DNA from: an uncultured candidatus Porisulfidus sp.
GTDB taxonomy: Bacteria; Pseudomonadota; Gammaproteobacteria; Poriferisulfidales; Poriferisulfidaceae
DNA length: 64,000 nt
Assembly (NCBI GenBank): GCA_965199755.1
Contig: CBDASZ010000001.1
Span: 640,001 to 704,000, forward strand
Reading direction: 5' to 3'
Shown: piece after piece, positions 18,359 through 29,926 of the stretch
How the letters are laid out: each line of letters begins with the position of its first letter
Numbering within the stretch: position 1 is the first letter of the stretch
Translations under genes and position numbers: made by a program
The notes under the pieces: model-generated
What the model was told of the DNA's origin: nothing
The model's database searches: none
Seen by the model: the letters and a program-made list of their open reading frames with translations, nothing else

Positions 18359-20455
18359 ATGGGACGCGAGACTCCGCTGCATCGCTATCGCAATATCGGC
18401 ATCATGGCCCATATTGACGCCGGCAAGACCACCACCACTGAACGCATCCTGTTCTACACCGGCATTTCGCACAAGATTGGCGAAGTGCATGACGGTGCGG
18501 CGGTCATGGACTGGATGGAGCAAGAGCAGGAGCGCGGCATCACCATCACCTCGGCGGCCACCACCTGTTTCTGGCAGGGCATGGCCGGGGATATGGACGC
18601 GCACCGCATCAATATCATCGACACGCCGGGGCACGTTGACTTCACCATTGAGGTGGAGCGTTCGCTGCGTGTGCTGGATGGTGCCTGCGCAGTGTTTTGC
18701 GCGGTCGGCGGCGTTGAGCCGCAGTCCGAAACAGTCTGGCGTCAGGCCAACAAGTATGGCGTGCCGCGTCTGGCTTTCGTCAACAAAATGGATCGCGCCG
18801 GCGCGGACTTCAACCGCGTCGTCACTCAGATTAAAGAGCGCCTTCGGGCGACCCCGGTGCGCCTGCAGTTGCCAGTCGGAGCGGCGGAAGATTTTCGTGG
18901 TGTCATTGACTTGATTACATGCAAGAAAATCGTTTGGAATGAAGATGATATGGGCGCAACCTTCGAACTGGAATCGGTGCCGGAAGAGCAAGAGTCTGAG
19001 GTTAAGGAGGCGCGTGAGGAACTGGTCGAAATCGCGGCTGAAGGCAACGATGAATTAATGGAGAAGTACCTGGAAGACGGCAAGCTTTCAGATGACGAAA
19101 TTCGCACCGGACTGCGCGCGCGTACGCTGCGCAACGAAGTGATCCCGGTGCTGTGCGGTTCCGCATTCAAGAACAAGGGCGTGCAGGCGATGCTTGACGC
19201 CGTGGTGCACTATCTGCCGGCCCCGAATGACGTGCCGGCTATTTCCGGCTTGCTGGACTCCGGCGATGAAGGCCAGCGTCAACCTTCGGATGACGAGCCG
19301 TTCGCGGCCTTGGCATTCAAGGTGGCGACCGACCCCTTTGTCGGCACGCTGACATTCTTCCGCATGTATTCCGGTGTGCTGAACTCAGGTTCAGCGGCCT
19401 TCAATCCGCGCCGCACCAACAAGGAGCGCATTGGGCGCATCCTGCAGATGCACTCGAATCACCGCGAGGAGATCAAGGAAGTGCGCGCTGGCGACATCGC
19501 TGCCGCGGTCGGCCTGAAAGATGTGGCGACCGGCGACACGCTGTGCGCGGTCAATGATGTGATCGAGCTGGAGAAAATGGAGTTCCCGGAGCCGGTGATT
19601 TCGGTTGCGGTGGAGCCTAAGACCAAAGCCGATCAGGAGAAGATGAGCGTATCTCTGCAGAAACTGGCGCAAGAAGACCCGTCCTTCCGGGTGTCCTCTG
19701 ATGAGGAATCCGGGCAGACCATTATTTCCGGCATGGGCGAGTTGCACCTCGACATTCTGGTTGATCGCATGATGCGCGAGTTCAATGTGGAAGCCAATGT
19801 CGGCGCGCCGCAGGTCAATTACCGCGAAACCATCCGCCAGCCGATTGAAGAGGAAGGCCGCTTTGTACGCCAGACCGGCGGGCGCGGGCAATACGGACAT
19901 GTGTGGCTGCGCATTGAGCCGCAAGAGCCGGGCAGCGGCTACATTTTTGCCAATGAGATCACCGGCGGCGTGGTGCCAAAGGAATATATCCCCGCGGTCG
20001 GCAAGGGCATTGAGGAACAAATGCAAAATGGCGTAATCGCCGGCTATCCGGTGGTCGACGTCAAGGTTACTCTGTATGACGGCTCCTACCATGAGGTGGA
20101 TTCTTCGGAAACGGCCTTCAAGGTGGCGGGTTCGATGGCGTTTCGCGATGGCGCGCAAAAAGCCTCACCGGTGCTGCTGGAGCCAGTTATGAAGGTCGAG
20201 GTAGTGACGCCGGAAGAATACATGGGCGATGTGGTCGGCGATCTGAACCGACGTCGCGGCATGGTCGGCGGCATGGAAGACGCTCCGTCCGGCAAGATCA
20301 TTCGCGCCGATGTGCCGCTGAAAGAGATGTTCGGTTACGCGACCGCGTTGCGCTCTGCGACGCAAGGGCGCGCGACCTACACAATGGAATTCAACAAATA
20401 TGCGGAAGTCCCGAACAGCATTGCTGAAACCGTGATTTCTCGCAGCAGCCACTAA
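18359..20455 (+). CDS. fusA: Elongation factor G
   Basis: [38 protein letters not shown]. Confidence 0.98.
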   Translation: MGRETPLHRYRNIGIMAHIDAGKTTTTERILFYTGISHKIGEVHDGAAVMDWMEQEQERGITITSAATTCFWQGMAGDMDAHRINIIDTPGHVDFTIEVERSLRVLDGACAVFCAVGGVEPQSETVWRQANKYGVPRLAFVNKMDRAGADFNRVVTQIKERLRATPVRLQLPVGAAEDFRGVIDLITCKKIVWNEDDMGATFELESVPEEQESEVKEAREELVEIAAEGNDELMEKYLEDGKLSDDEIRTGLRARTLRNEVIPVLCGSAFKNKGVQAMLDAVVHYLPAPNDVPAISGLLDSGDEGQRQPSDDEPFAALAFKVATDPFVGTLTFFRMYSGVLNSGSAAFNPRRTNKERIGRILQMHSNHREEIKEVRAGDIAAAVGLKDVATGDTLCAVNDVIELEKMEFPEPVISVAVEPKTKADQEKMSVSLQKLAQEDPSFRVSSDEESGQTIISGMGELHLDILVDRMMREFNVEANVGAPQVNYRETIRQPIEEEGRFVRQTGGRGQYGHVWLRIEPQEPGSGYIFANEITGGVVPKEYIPAVGKGIEEQMQNGVIAGYPVVDVKVTLYDGSYHEVDSSETAFKVAGSMAFRDGAQKASPVLLEPVMKVEVVTPEEYMGDVVGDLNRRRGMVGGMEDAPSGKIIRADVPLKEMFGYATALRSATQGRATYTMEFNKYAEVPNSIAETVISRSSH

Positions 20456-20472
20456 AACATCGGGAGGCTCTA

Positions 20473-21663
20473 ATGGCGAAGGAAAAATTCGAACGCACGA
20501 AGCCGCACATTAATGTCGGCACGATCGGTCATGTAGATCATGGCAAGACCACGCTGACGGCGGCGCTGACCAAAGTGATGGCGGAGGCGCACGGCGGCGA
20601 GGTTCGCGATTATTCGCAGATTGACAATGCGCCGGAAGAGCGCGAGCGCGGCATCACGATTGCGACCGCGCACGTGGAATACGAATCCGATGCGCGCCAT
20701 TACGCGCATGTGGACTGTCCCGGCCACGCGGACTACGTGAAGAACATGATCACTGGAGCGGCGCAGATGGACGCGGCGATTCTGGTGGTGAGCGCGGCGG
20801 ACGGTCCGATGCCGCAGACCAACGAGCATATTCTGCTGGCCCGTCAGGTTGGCGTGCCGCACATTCTGGTGTACCTGAACAAGGCCGACCAGGTGGACGA
20901 CGATGAGTTGCTGGAGTTGGTGGAAATGGAAGTGCGCGAACTGCTCAGCAAGTATGAGTTTCCCGGCGACGACACGCCAATCATCACAGGATCGGCGCTG
21001 CAGGCGCTGGAAGGTGACACCAGCGAGCACGGCATTGAGTCGGTGCAGAAGCTGGTAGAGGCGATGGATAGTTACATTCCTGAGCCGGAGCGCGCGATTG
21101 ATGGTGCGTTTTTGATGCCGGTGGAGGATGTCTTCACGATTTCCGGTCGCGGCACGGTGGTGACGGGCCGAGTGGAACGCGGCATCATCAAGGTTGGCGA
21201 AGAAGTCGAGATGGTGGGCATTCGCGACACCGAGACGACCACCTGCACGGGTGTTGAGATGTTCCGCAAGTTGCTGGATGAAGGTCGCGCAGGCGACAAC
21301 ATCGGAGTGCTGCTGCGCGGCACCAAGCGTGAGGAAGTGGAGCGCGGTCAGGTGTTGTGCCAGCCGGGTTCGATCACCCCGCACACAGAATTTGACGCGG
21401 AGATTTACTGCCTGACGAAGGAAGAGGGCGGACGCCACTCGCCGTTTGTGTCGGGTTATCGTCCGCAGTTTTATTTCCGCACCACGGATGTGACGGGGGC
21501 AGTGAACCTGCCGTCGGGCACGGACATGGTGATGCCGGGCGACAATGTCACGATTTCGGTCGAGCTGGGCGCTCCGATCGCAATGGAAGAAGGTCTGCGT
21601 TTCGCCATGCGCGAAGGTGGCCGCACCATCGCTTCCGGCGTCGTCACCAAGATTAACAAGTAA
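20473..21663 (+). CDS. tuf: Elongation factor Tu (copy 1, str operon)
   Basis: [28 protein letters not shown]. Confidence 0.98.
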   Translation: MAKEKFERTKPHINVGTIGHVDHGKTTLTAALTKVMAEAHGGEVRDYSQIDNAPEERERGITIATAHVEYESDARHYAHVDCPGHADYVKNMITGAAQMDAAILVVSAADGPMPQTNEHILLARQVGVPHILVYLNKADQVDDDELLELVEMEVRELLSKYEFPGDDTPIITGSALQALEGDTSEHGIESVQKLVEAMDSYIPEPERAIDGAFLMPVEDVFTISGRGTVVTGRVERGIIKVGEEVEMVGIRDTETTTCTGVEMFRKLLDEGRAGDNIGVLLRGTKREEVERGQVLCQPGSITPHTEFDAEIYCLTKEEGGRHSPFVSGYRPQFYFRTTDVTGAVNLPSGTDMVMPGDNVTISVELGAPIAMEEGLRFAMREGGRTIASGVVTKINK

Positions 21664-21691
21664 GCACGGACGCTCGCACGGGATCTCGCTC

Positions 21692-22078
21692 ATGGCCACG
21701 CCGAAAAAAAAGAAGCCGGTTGCAAAAAAACCGGCCGCTGCAAAAACAAGCAGCAAGGCGGCTGAAGCGAAGCCCGCTGACAGCAGTCTGCGGCTGCGCC
21801 TCAAGGCGTTTGATCACCGTCTGGTGGATCAATCTGCGCGCGAGATCGTAGAGACCGCACGGCGTACCGGCGCACAAGTGCACGGACCGATTCCGTTGCC
21901 GACGCGCAAGGAGTTGTACACCGTGCTGATTTCTCCGCACGTCGACAAGGACGCGCGGGACCAGTACGAAATTCGCACGCACAAGCGGATCATTGATATC
22001 GTCAACCCATCCGAGAAAACGGTGGACGCGCTGATGAAGCTGGACTTGCCAGCCGGCATTAGCGTACAGCTGAAGTGA
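21692..22078 (+). CDS. rpsJ: 30S ribosomal protein uS10 with Lys/Ala-rich N-terminal extension
   Basis: [35 protein letters not shown]; nearest in-frame ATG at 21692. Confidence 0.95.
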   Translation: MATPKKKKPVAKKPAAAKTSSKAAEAKPADSSLRLRLKAFDHRLVDQSAREIVETARRTGAQVHGPIPLPTRKELYTVLISPHVDKDARDQYEIRTHKRIIDIVNPSEKTVDALMKLDLPAGISVQLK

Positions 22079-22088
22079 GGAACGGATC

Positions 22089-22709
22089 ATGGCACTGGGC
22101 ATCGTAGGCACCAAGCTTGGCATGACGCGGCTGTTTCGTGATAGCGGCGAGTCCGTCTCGGTGTCGATTGTGGCGGTGGACGACAACCGGATCGTGCGCG
22201 TCAAGACACCGGACTCCGACGGTTATTCCGCGGTGCAGGTGGCCTATGGTTCGCGCAAGGCCAAATCGATGCACCGGGCGCAGGCGTGCGAGTTGCAAAA
22301 AGCCGATATCAGCAATGCGCGCGGCCTGCAGGAATTTCGTCTGAAAGAAGGCGAGGAAGCGCCGGAGACAATCGGCGTCGACTTGTTTGAAGTCGGACAG
22401 AAAGTCAATGTCAGCGGCACCTCGATCGGTAAGGGCTTCGCTGGCACTATCAAGCGTCATAACTTCCGCGGACAAGATCGCTCGCACGGCAATTCCTTGT
22501 CGCACCGGGTGATGGGAGCGACCGGCCAGTGTCAGTTCCCGGGCCGGGTGTTTAAGGGCAAGAAGATGCCGGGGCGCATGGGAGGCGTGCGGGTGACGCA
22601 ACGCAATCTGGAAATTGTTCAAGTCGACGGCGAGCAGCAGTTGCTGTGGATTCGCGGTTGTATTCCTGGCTCGCGCGGCGGGCGCGTAATCGTCAAGCAG
22701 GTACCATGA
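22089..22709 (+). CDS. rplC: 50S ribosomal protein uL3
   Basis: GTKLGMT, DGYSAVQ, GKGFAGTIKRHNF, GRVFKGKKMPG. Confidence 0.97.
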   Translation: MALGIVGTKLGMTRLFRDSGESVSVSIVAVDDNRIVRVKTPDSDGYSAVQVAYGSRKAKSMHRAQACELQKADISNARGLQEFRLKEGEEAPETIGVDLFEVGQKVNVSGTSIGKGFAGTIKRHNFRGQDRSHGNSLSHRVMGATGQCQFPGRVFKGKKMPGRMGGVRVTQRNLEIVQVDGEQQLLWIRGCIPGSRGGRVIVKQVP

Positions 22710-23323
22710 TGGAAATCAAGACACGCGATACTGCGGCGGCCGTCACACTGGCGGATGCCTGCTTTGGCGTCCCGTTTCACCAAGCGCTGGTGCATCAGGC
22801 GGTGACCAGCCATGCGCAGCGCGGCCGTGCCGGCAGCGCGTCGCAGAAAACCCGCGCGGAAGTTCGTGGCGGTGGCGCCAAGCCCTGGCGGCAGAAAGGC
22901 ACCGGGCGGGCTCGCGCCGGCTCGATTCGCTCGCCGATCTGGCGGGGCGGGGGTGCTGCACATCCGGCGGGCGGACAAAACTTCAAAGGTAAACTCAACA
23001 AGAAGATGTATCGCCATGCGATGCGTTCGATTGTATCGGAACTGCTGCGCCTGGAACGGCTGCATGTGGTGGAATCCTTCGCGATCTCCGAGCCGAAGAC
23101 CAAACTGGCGCAAGCCGAACTGGCGCGCCTTGAACTATCGAATGTGCTAGTTCTAGTGGATGAACTGGAGCCGAACACTGCGCTGGCGATGCGCAATATG
23201 ACCCAATGCGAACTACGCGAAGCGAGCCGGGTTGATCCGATCTCACTGCTGCGCTATGAGCATGTGGTGTTGACGCGCGCGGCACTGACCGTGCTGGAAC
23301 AACGCCTCGGAATCGAATCATGA
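22706..23323 (+). CDS. rplD: 50S ribosomal protein uL4
   Basis: KTRAEV.GGG.KPWRQKGTGRARAGSIRSPIWRGGG. Confidence 0.97.
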   Translation: MMEIKTRDTAAAVTLADACFGVPFHQALVHQAVTSHAQRGRAGSASQKTRAEVRGGGAKPWRQKGTGRARAGSIRSPIWRGGGAAHPAGGQNFKGKLNKKMYRHAMRSIVSELLRLERLHVVESFAISEPKTKLAQAELARLELSNVLVLVDELEPNTALAMRNMTQCELREASRVDPISLLRYEHVVLTRAALTVLEQRLGIES

Positions 23324-23802
23324 GCATAAAGAGCAGGATCGGCAATCTCTTCGGTCGCAAGAAAGCGGCACCGGAGCAGCCTGAGCGTGCCGTAGAGGAA
23401 GCGCCGGCCGCTGCCGTTGCCGAGCAGCAACCCAAGGAGCCGGAAGCGCGCGCGGTCCCCGCGGCGTCGAAACCGAAGAAACGCAAGAAGCGCGCCGTCG
23501 TCGATCGACCGGCATGCAGCACGCAGCGCGTGAATTACATTTTGCGCCGCGCGCATGTGTCGGAGAAGACTGTGGATCTGGCGAACAAGATGAGACAGCA
23601 TACCTTTGAGGTTGCGCCGGACGCGACGCGCGAGGAAGTCAAGGTGGCGGCCGAGCAGTTGATGGGCGTGAAGGTGAGCGAGGTACGCATCAGCAATGTG
23701 CATGGCAAGCGCAAGCGCAATGGCACCCGATCTTCCTGGCGCAAGGCATTGATCATGCTTGAGCCCGGACAGGATCTCGACATGATGGAGGCGGGATCAT
23801 GA
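23320..23802 (+). CDS. rplW: 50S ribosomal protein uL23 with long N-terminal extension
   Basis: [22 protein letters not shown] core; position between rplD and rplB; 160 aa. Confidence 0.92.
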   Translation: MSIKSRIGNLFGRKKAAPEQPERAVEEAPAAAVAEQQPKEPEARAVPAASKPKKRKKRAVVDRPACSTQRVNYILRRAHVSEKTVDLANKMRQHTFEVAPDATREEVKVAAEQLMGVKVSEVRISNVHGKRKRNGTRSSWRKALIMLEPGQDLDMMEAGS

Positions 23803-24629
23803 CTGTCGTGAAGGCTCGCCCGACGTCGCCCGGACGGCGTTTTCGCACCAGCGTGCATACCCCGGACCTGCACCGCGGCGGTCCATATCGGCCGCTGACC
23901 GAAGGGCAGGCGCAGACCGGCGGGCGCAACAACCAAGGCCGCATCACCATGCGTCATCGCGGCGGCGGCCACAAGCAGCGCTATCGACGCATCGATTTCC
24001 AGCGCAGCAAGAACGACATTCCGGCGAAGGTGGAGCGTCTGGAATACGACCCGAACCGCAGCGCGCACATTGCTTTGCTGCTGTATGCGGACGGGGAGCG
24101 GCGCTACATCATTGCGCCAGAAGGTTTGAAAGCCGGCATGACCGTGCAGTCTGGAGAGAATGTGCCGATCAGCATCGGCAATTGCCTGCCACTGCAGAAT
24201 ATGCCCGTCGGCATCGTGGTGCATGCCGTGGAGTTGCACCCCGGCGGCGGCGCACGGCTGGCGCGCAGCGCTGGCACCTACGCGCAGGTACTGGCCCGCG
24301 AGGGCACCTACGCCACGTTGCGACTGCGTTCTGGAGAAGTTCGCAAGGTGCTCGCGGCCTGTCGCGCGACGGTAGGCGAGGTCGGCAATGCCGAGCACTC
24401 GCTGATCAAACTTGGCAAGGCCGGAGCGAAGCGCTGGCGCGGCGTCCGCCCGACGGTACGCGGCGTCGCCATGAACCCGGTCGACCACCCGCACGGCGGC
24501 GGCGAAGGCAAGACTTCCGGTGGGCGACATCCGGTGACGCCCTGGGGCGTGCCGACCAAAGGACATAAAACCCGGCGCACCAAGCGCACCGATCATCTGA
24601 TTGTGCGCCGTCGCCGCAAGAAACGTTAA
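23799..24629 (+). CDS. rplB: 50S ribosomal protein uL2
   Basis: [39 protein letters not shown]. Confidence 0.98.
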   Translation: MTVVKARPTSPGRRFRTSVHTPDLHRGGPYRPLTEGQAQTGGRNNQGRITMRHRGGGHKQRYRRIDFQRSKNDIPAKVERLEYDPNRSAHIALLLYADGERRYIIAPEGLKAGMTVQSGENVPISIGNCLPLQNMPVGIVVHAVELHPGGGARLARSAGTYAQVLAREGTYATLRLRSGEVRKVLAACRATVGEVGNAEHSLIKLGKAGAKRWRGVRPTVRGVAMNPVDHPHGGGEGKTSGGRHPVTPWGVPTKGHKTRRTKRTDHLIVRRRRKKR

Positions 24630-24635
24630 ACGATC

Positions 24636-24908
24636 ATGCCACGTTCCCTGAAGAAAGGCCCCTTTGTTGACCATCATTTGATGGCCAAGGTTGAAGCGGC
24701 GGTCGAGAACAACGACCGGCGACAGATCAAGACCTGGTCGCGTCGCTCCATGATTATCCCGGAGATGGTCGGACTGACCATCGCGGTGCACGATGGGCGT
24801 CGCCATGTTCCGGTGTTGGTCAACGAGAACATGGTCGGCCACAAACTCGGTGAATTTGCATTGACGCGCACGTTCCGGCAACACGCGGGCGACCGCAAGG
24901 CGAAGTAA
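24636..24908 (+). CDS. rpsS: 30S ribosomal protein uS19
   Basis: [27 protein letters not shown]. Confidence 0.98.
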   Translation: MPRSLKKGPFVDHHLMAKVEAAVENNDRRQIKTWSRRSMIIPEMVGLTIAVHDGRRHVPVLVNENMVGHKLGEFALTRTFRQHAGDRKAK

Positions 24909-25258
24909 TGGAAGCCCGTTGCGTAGCGCGTTATCTGCGTATCAGCCCACGCAAGTGCCGGCTGACCGCTAACCAGATCCGCAAACTGCCAGTCGGCGAA
25001 GCCTTGACGGTGTTGCGGTTCTCGCAGCACAAGGCGGCCGCGTTGCTTAGCAAGGTGGTGGAGTCGGCGTTGTCGAACGCGGAGCACAACCAGGGCGCGG
25101 ATATTGACCTATTGCGAGTGGATGAAATCATGGTGGATGAAGGCCCGGTGTTCAAGCGTTTTCGCCCGCGTGCTCGCGGGCGTATTGGCCGCATCCGCAA
25201 ACGCACCAGTCACGTGACCGTGGTGCTGCGCGACAGTAACGCGCAGGGTGCCAGTTAA
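24908..25258 (+). CDS. rplV: 50S ribosomal protein uL22
   Basis: SPRK.RL, NAEHN, VDEGP..KR..PRARGR...RKRTSH. Confidence 0.97.
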   Translation: MEARCVARYLRISPRKCRLTANQIRKLPVGEALTVLRFSQHKAAALLSKVVESALSNAEHNQGADIDLLRVDEIMVDEGPVFKRFRPRARGRIGRIRKRTSHVTVVLRDSNAQGAS

Positions 25259-25273
25259 TTCTAAGGAGCGATC

Positions 25274-25936
25274 ATGGGACAGAAAGTCAACCCGATTGGA
25301 TTCAGGCTCGGTATCATCACCGACTGGAACTCGCATTGGTATGCCGAGCGCGGCGAGTATCGGGATCAGCTGAACAACGATTTGCAGGTGCGGGATTTTC
25401 TGCAGCGCAAGTTGTCGCAGGCTTCGGTCAGCCAGATTCGCATTGAGCGGCGTAATGACACCGCCGAGATCACCATTCACACGGCGCGACCTGGTATCGT
25501 GATCGGCAAAAAAGGCGGCGACATTGAGGTGTTGCGCCGGGAAGTCGCGAAGATGATGAACCTGGGTCTGGGCATGGTGAAAGTGAACATCGAGGAGATT
25601 CACAACCCGGAAGTGGACGCGCAGCTGGTGGCCGAGAGTGTGGCGCAGCAACTGGAAGGGCGCGTCATGTATCGCCGCGCCATGAAGCGCGCCTTGCAAA
25701 ATGCCATGCGCCTTGGCGTGCAGGGCATCAAGCTGAACGTCGCCGGGCGTCTCAATGGAGCCGAGATTGCGCGCAGCGAATGGGCGCGTGAAGGTCGGGT
25801 GCCGCTACATGTATTGCGTGCGGACATTGACTATGGCTTTGCCGAAGCGCGTACCACGTACGGCGTGATTGGCGTCAAGGCATGGATCTTCAACGGCGAG
25901 ATTGGTGGGCCGGAAGGCGCGCTGAGCAAGAAGTAA
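25274..25936 (+). CDS. rpsC: 30S ribosomal protein uS3
   Basis: [40 protein letters not shown]. Confidence 0.98.
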   Translation: MGQKVNPIGFRLGIITDWNSHWYAERGEYRDQLNNDLQVRDFLQRKLSQASVSQIRIERRNDTAEITIHTARPGIVIGKKGGDIEVLRREVAKMMNLGLGMVKVNIEEIHNPEVDAQLVAESVAQQLEGRVMYRRAMKRALQNAMRLGVQGIKLNVAGRLNGAEIARSEWAREGRVPLHVLRADIDYGFAEARTTYGVIGVKAWIFNGEIGGPEGALSKK

Positions 25937-25948
25937 CGGAGACGGATC

Positions 25949-26362
25949 ATGCTGCAGCCCAAACGAACCCGCTATCGCAAACAGCAGAAAGGCCGCAACC
26001 GCGGTCTGTCGCAGCGCGGCAACAAGGTCAGCTTCGGCGAATTTGGCCTGAAAGCGACCACCAGCGGTCGTCTGACCTCGCGTCAGATTGAAGCCGGTCG
26101 CCGCGCCATCACGCGCCACATTCGGCGCGGCGGCAAGATCTGGATTCGCGTCTTTCCGGATGTGCCAGTGACGCAGAAACCGCTGGAATCCCGTCAAGGC
26201 AAGGGCAAGGGCAATGTCGAGTACTGGGTGGCGAAGATCCAGCCCGGTCGCATGCTGTACGAAATGGAAGGCGTGACCGAAGAGGTGGCCCGTGGCGCGT
26301 TTCGCCGCGCCGCAGCCAAACTGCCAGTGCAGACCACTTTCACACGCAGGACTCTGGGCTGA
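25949..26362 (+). CDS. rplP: 50S ribosomal protein uL16
   Basis: [32 protein letters not shown]. Confidence 0.98.
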   Translation: MLQPKRTRYRKQQKGRNRGLSQRGNKVSFGEFGLKATTSGRLTSRQIEAGRRAITRHIRRGGKIWIRVFPDVPVTQKPLESRQGKGKGNVEYWVAKIQPGRMLYEMEGVTEEVARGAFRRAAAKLPVQTTFTRRTLG

Positions 26363-26583
26363 TGAGTATCAAGACGCAAAAGCACCTCGAAGGTCTGCGA
26401 GCCATGGACGCGGAGCAGTTACGCGAGGAATTGGCGCGCCTGCAACGCGAACAGTTTGAGAACCGCATGCAATTGCGCAGCGGACAGACAGCGCGCCATC
26501 ATGTGCTGAAGATCGGACGTCGGGAGATTGCCCGCATCAAGACACTGTTGGCGCAGCGCGCCAGCGCCGAGGCGGCATCATGA
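26362..26583 (+). CDS. rpmC: 50S ribosomal protein uL29
   Basis: [15 protein letters not shown]; position in the S10 operon. Confidence 0.95.
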   Translation: MSIKTQKHLEGLRAMDAEQLREELARLQREQFENRMQLRSGQTARHHVLKIGRREIARIKTLLAQRASAEAAS

Positions 26584-27068
26584 CTGAGAAGACCCGCTCC
26601 GTGATTGGTCTTGTGGTCAGCGACCGCATGGACAAGACCGCTGCCGTATTGGTGACGCGCCAGTTGCGTCATCCTTTGTATGGCAAATACATCCGGCGCT
26701 CAACCAAAGTGCTGGCGCATGACGCCGAGAACATCGCGAAGATCGGCGATCAGGTGCGCATTCGCGAATGCCCGCCGCATTCGAAGCGCAAGGCTTGGGA
26801 ATTGCTGGAAGTGCTGGGTTCGGAGATCATGCCGGACGAGATGCTGACTGAAGAGGTCACGCCTGATTCGGTCATGCCCGAAGCGGCCGCGCCGGCAGAG
26901 CCAGAGCCGGAAGAGGCAGCAACAGAACAAGCCGCTGTCGAAGAAACGGCCACTGAGGACGCAGCACCTGAGGAAGTGTCTGCGGAATCCGAAGAGACGC
27001 CGGCCGCCGAAGAAGCGCCCGCGGAGACTCCTGAAAAGGAGCCGGCCACCGAGGGGAAAGACTCATGA
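26580..27068 (+). CDS. rpsQ: 30S ribosomal protein uS17 with acidic C-terminal extension
   Basis: [38 protein letters not shown] core, then about 80 aa Glu/Ala/Pro-rich tail. Confidence 0.95.
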   Translation: MTEKTRSVIGLVVSDRMDKTAAVLVTRQLRHPLYGKYIRRSTKVLAHDAENIAKIGDQVRIRECPPHSKRKAWELLEVLGSEIMPDEMLTEEVTPDSVMPEAAAPAEPEPEEAATEQAAVEETATEDAAPEEVSAESEETPAAEEAPAETPEKEPATEGKDS

Positions 27069-27433
27069 TTCAGACCGAGACCATGCTGGACGCGGCTGAC
27101 AACAGCGGCGCGCGCCGGATACAGTGCATCAAGGTGCTGGGTGGCTCGCGGCGTCGCTATGCGCGCATCGGTGATGTGATCAAGGTCAGCGTCAAGGACG
27201 CCATTCCGCGCGGCAAGGTGCGCAAGGGCGAAGTGCTGAACGCAGTAGTGGTGCGTACCGCCCACGGCGTGCGCCGACGCGACGGTTCGCTGATTCGCTT
27301 TGATCACAACGCGGCAGTGCTACTGAACAATCAGTTGCAGCCGATTGGCACGCGAATTTTTGGCCCGGTGACGCGCGAATTGCGCGGCGCGCGGTTTATG
27401 AAGATCATCTCACTGGCACCGGAAGTGCTGTGA
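27065..27433 (+). CDS. rplN: 50S ribosomal protein uL14
   Basis: [30 protein letters not shown]. Confidence 0.98.
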   Translation: MIQTETMLDAADNSGARRIQCIKVLGGSRRRYARIGDVIKVSVKDAIPRGKVRKGEVLNAVVVRTAHGVRRRDGSLIRFDHNAAVLLNNQLQPIGTRIFGPVTRELRGARFMKIISLAPEVL

Positions 27434-27440
27434 GGGCATC

Positions 27441-27773
27441 ATGCAAAGAATTCGCAAAGGAGACGACGTCGTGATTATCGCCGGCAAGGAACGAGGCCGG
27501 CGCGGCACGGTGCTGCGCGTCCTGCGCAACGGCAAGATCGTGGTCGAAGGGCTGAATCTGGTCAAGCGCCACACCAAGCCGCAGCCGCAACTCGGCCAGC
27601 AGGGCGGCATCGTCGAGAAGGAAATGCCGCTGGATGCGTCCAATGTGCAGTTATTCAACCCGGTGACCAACCGTCCGGACCGCGTAGGTTTCAAGATGCT
27701 CCGTGATGGCGATGGCGAGCGCAAGGTGCGCTATTTCAAGTCCAACGACGAAGTTGTGGACATCATCAAGTGA
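27441..27773 (+). CDS. rplX: 50S ribosomal protein uL24
   Basis: [17 protein letters not shown] motif, GGIVEKE, SNV. Confidence 0.97.
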   Translation: MQRIRKGDDVVIIAGKERGRRGTVLRVLRNGKIVVEGLNLVKRHTKPQPQLGQQGGIVEKEMPLDASNVQLFNPVTNRPDRVGFKMLRDGDGERKVRYFKSNDEVVDIIK

Positions 27774-27780
27774 GGCGATC

Positions 27781-28320
27781 ATGGCACGGCTGCAAGACAT
27801 GTACCTGAACGAGATTCGCCCGGCACTGCAGCAGGAGCTGGGGCTGAGCACGCCGATGGCGGTGCCGCGCCTGGAGAAGATCACGCTCAACATGGGTCTG
27901 GGCGCGCGGGCGCGCGACAAGAAGATTCTGGAGAATGCGCGCGATGATCTCGGCCGCATCACCAGTCAGACTCCGGTGGTGACGCGGGCGCGCAAGTCGG
28001 TTGCCGGCTTCGCCATTCGCGAAGGCTGGCCGGTGGGCGTGCGGGTGACGCTGCGCCGCGAGCGGATGTATGAGTTTCTGGACCGCCTGATCAACATCGC
28101 GCTTCCGCGCATGCGCGACTTTCGCGGCCTGTCGCTGCGCTCATTCGACGGCCGCGGCAATTACAGCCTCGGCATGCAGGAGCAGATCGTGTTCCCCGAG
28201 ATTGATTACGACAACATCGACCAGATGCGCGGGCTGGACATCACTCTGACAACCAATGCACGCAATAACGCTGAAGCGGAAGCCTTGCTGCGCGCGTTTA
28301 ATTTTCCTCTGCGGAGTTAA
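27781..28320 (+). CDS. rplE: 50S ribosomal protein uL5
   Basis: [44 protein letters not shown]. Confidence 0.98.
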   Translation: MARLQDMYLNEIRPALQQELGLSTPMAVPRLEKITLNMGLGARARDKKILENARDDLGRITSQTPVVTRARKSVAGFAIREGWPVGVRVTLRRERMYEFLDRLINIALPRMRDFRGLSLRSFDGRGNYSLGMQEQIVFPEIDYDNIDQMRGLDITLTTNARNNAEAEALLRAFNFPLRS

Positions 28321-28323
28321 GAC

Positions 28324-28629
28324 ATGGCGAAGACCAGCATGATTCAACGAGACCTCAAGCGCGCCCGGTTGGTGCGCCGCTACGCGCAGCGCCGCGCGGA
28401 TGCGAAGGCCATCATTCACGATCCGAACAGCAGTTTTGATCAGCGTATGGCCGCGCAGATCGTACTGCAGAAATTGCCGCGGGATTCCTCGCCGTGCCGG
28501 CAGCGCAACCGCTGCGCCATCACCGGACGTCCGCGCGGCTATTACCGCCGTTTCGGACTGGGCCGCAACAAACTGCGCGAAGCCGCCATGCGCGGGGACG
28601 TGCCGGGGCTGACCAAAGCCAGCTGGTAA
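28324..28629 (+). CDS. rpsN: 30S ribosomal protein uS14 (long form)
   Basis: MAK.SMI.R, LPRDSSP, NRC..TGRPRG, PGL.KASW. Confidence 0.97.
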   Translation: MAKTSMIQRDLKRARLVRRYAQRRADAKAIIHDPNSSFDQRMAAQIVLQKLPRDSSPCRQRNRCAITGRPRGYYRRFGLGRNKLREAAMRGDVPGLTKASW

Positions 28630-28640
28630 GGAGCATCGAG

Positions 28641-29036
28641 ATGAGTATGCAAGACCCGATCGCTGATATGCTGACCCGCATCCGTAACGGCCAGATGGTG
28701 CGGCATGAGGCTGTGGAGATGGCGCATTCGAAGCATCGCGAGGCAGTCGCGCGCGTGCTCGTGCAGGAAGGTTATGTGGAAGGCTGCGAGGTGGTGGACG
28801 GCACCCCCTGCAACAGCTTGCGCATCACGCTCAAATACGTCGACGAGGAGCCGGTCATTATCCGCTTGCGCCGCGTCAGCCGCCCAGGCCTGCGTATTTA
28901 CAAGAAAGTCGGCGATTTGCCCTGGGTTCGCGGTGGTCTGGGGACTGCGATCGTATCCACGTCACATGGCGTGATGGCGGATCACGAAGCGCGCAAGAAC
29001 GGTTACGGCGGCGAGATTATCTGCACGGTGGAGTAA
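28641..29036 (+). CDS. rpsH: 30S ribosomal protein uS8
   Basis: MSMQDPIADMLTRIRN, SRPGLRIY, STSHGVM, GGEI. Confidence 0.97.
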   Translation: MSMQDPIADMLTRIRNGQMVRHEAVEMAHSKHREAVARVLVQEGYVEGCEVVDGTPCNSLRITLKYVDEEPVIIRLRRVSRPGLRIYKKVGDLPWVRGGLGTAIVSTSHGVMADHEARKNGYGGEIICTVE

Positions 29037-29041
29037 GCCTG

Positions 29042-29566
29042 ATGTCACGCATTGCCAAACGCCCCATCACCTTGCCGGACGCCGTCGAATTGTCGATGCA
29101 GGACGCGCAGGTCACGCTCAAGGGACCGAAAGGGGAAGTAAGTTTTGAGATGCAAGCGCCGATTACCGCGCGTGAAGAAGAGCGCAAGGTGTATATCGAT
29201 GCGCCTGAGGATGCCATGGCGCTGGCCGGCACCATGAACGCGCTGCTGTACAACCACGTGCAGGGCGTCAACGAAGGCTACTCGAAGACGCTGAATTTGA
29301 TTGGCGTCGGTTATCGAGCGCAAATGCGCGGCCGCAATCTGAATCTGAATCTGGGCTTTTCGCACCCGATCAATTACGAACCGCCGCAAGGCATCACGCT
29401 GCAGACGCCGAGCCAGACAGAGATTGTGGTGTCCGGCGTAGACAAGCAGCAGGTCGGCCAGGTGGCCGCCGAGATTCGGGCATATCGCCCGCCGGAGCCG
29501 TACAAGGGCAAGGGCGTGCGCTATCGAGACGAGCAAGTGGTGCGTAAGGAGGCGAAGAAGAAATGA
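29042..29566 (+). CDS. rplF: 50S ribosomal protein uL6
   Basis: [32 protein letters not shown]. Confidence 0.98.
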   Translation: MSRIAKRPITLPDAVELSMQDAQVTLKGPKGEVSFEMQAPITAREEERKVYIDAPEDAMALAGTMNALLYNHVQGVNEGYSKTLNLIGVGYRAQMRGRNLNLNLGFSHPINYEPPQGITLQTPSQTEIVVSGVDKQQVGQVAAEIRAYRPPEPYKGKGVRYRDEQVVRKEAKKK

Positions 29567-29916
29567 GCGATCAACAGGCGGCGCGCCGACGCAGAACACG
29601 GCGCGTACGAACGCGGCTGACCGACAATACGCGGCACCGCTTGACCGTGCATCGCACGTTGCGGCATATCTATGCCCAGGTGCTCAGCCCGGATGGTGCG
29701 ACAGTGGTCGTGCAAGCCTCCACCCTGACCCCGGAGCTGCGTCAGGACAAGGCGGCCGGGAATTGCGCGGCGGCGCGCGACGTGGGACGATTGATCGCGG
29801 AACGTGCGAAGGCCGCGAAAGTGGAAGAGGTCTGGTTTGATCGGGGACGTTTTCGTTATCACGGTCGGGTGCGGGCTTTAAGTGAAGCGGCGCGTGAAGC
29901 GGGCCTGAAATTCTGA
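29563..29916 (+). CDS. rplR: 50S ribosomal protein uL18
   Basis: [33 protein letters not shown]. Confidence 0.97.
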   Translation: MSDQQAARRRRTRRVRTRLTDNTRHRLTVHRTLRHIYAQVLSPDGATVVVQASTLTPELRQDKAAGNCAAARDVGRLIAERAKAAKVEEVWFDRGRFRYHGRVRALSEAAREAGLKF

Positions 29917-29926
29917 GGAACATCTG

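Noticed and set aside
20470-21804. Long antisense ORFs over tuf and r-protein genes (also 36138-37718, 23535-24884, 39150-40073, 41568-42632)
   Set aside because: Shadow frames of strongly codon-biased GC-rich genes; no recognisable motifs and they overlap essential genes or tRNAs.
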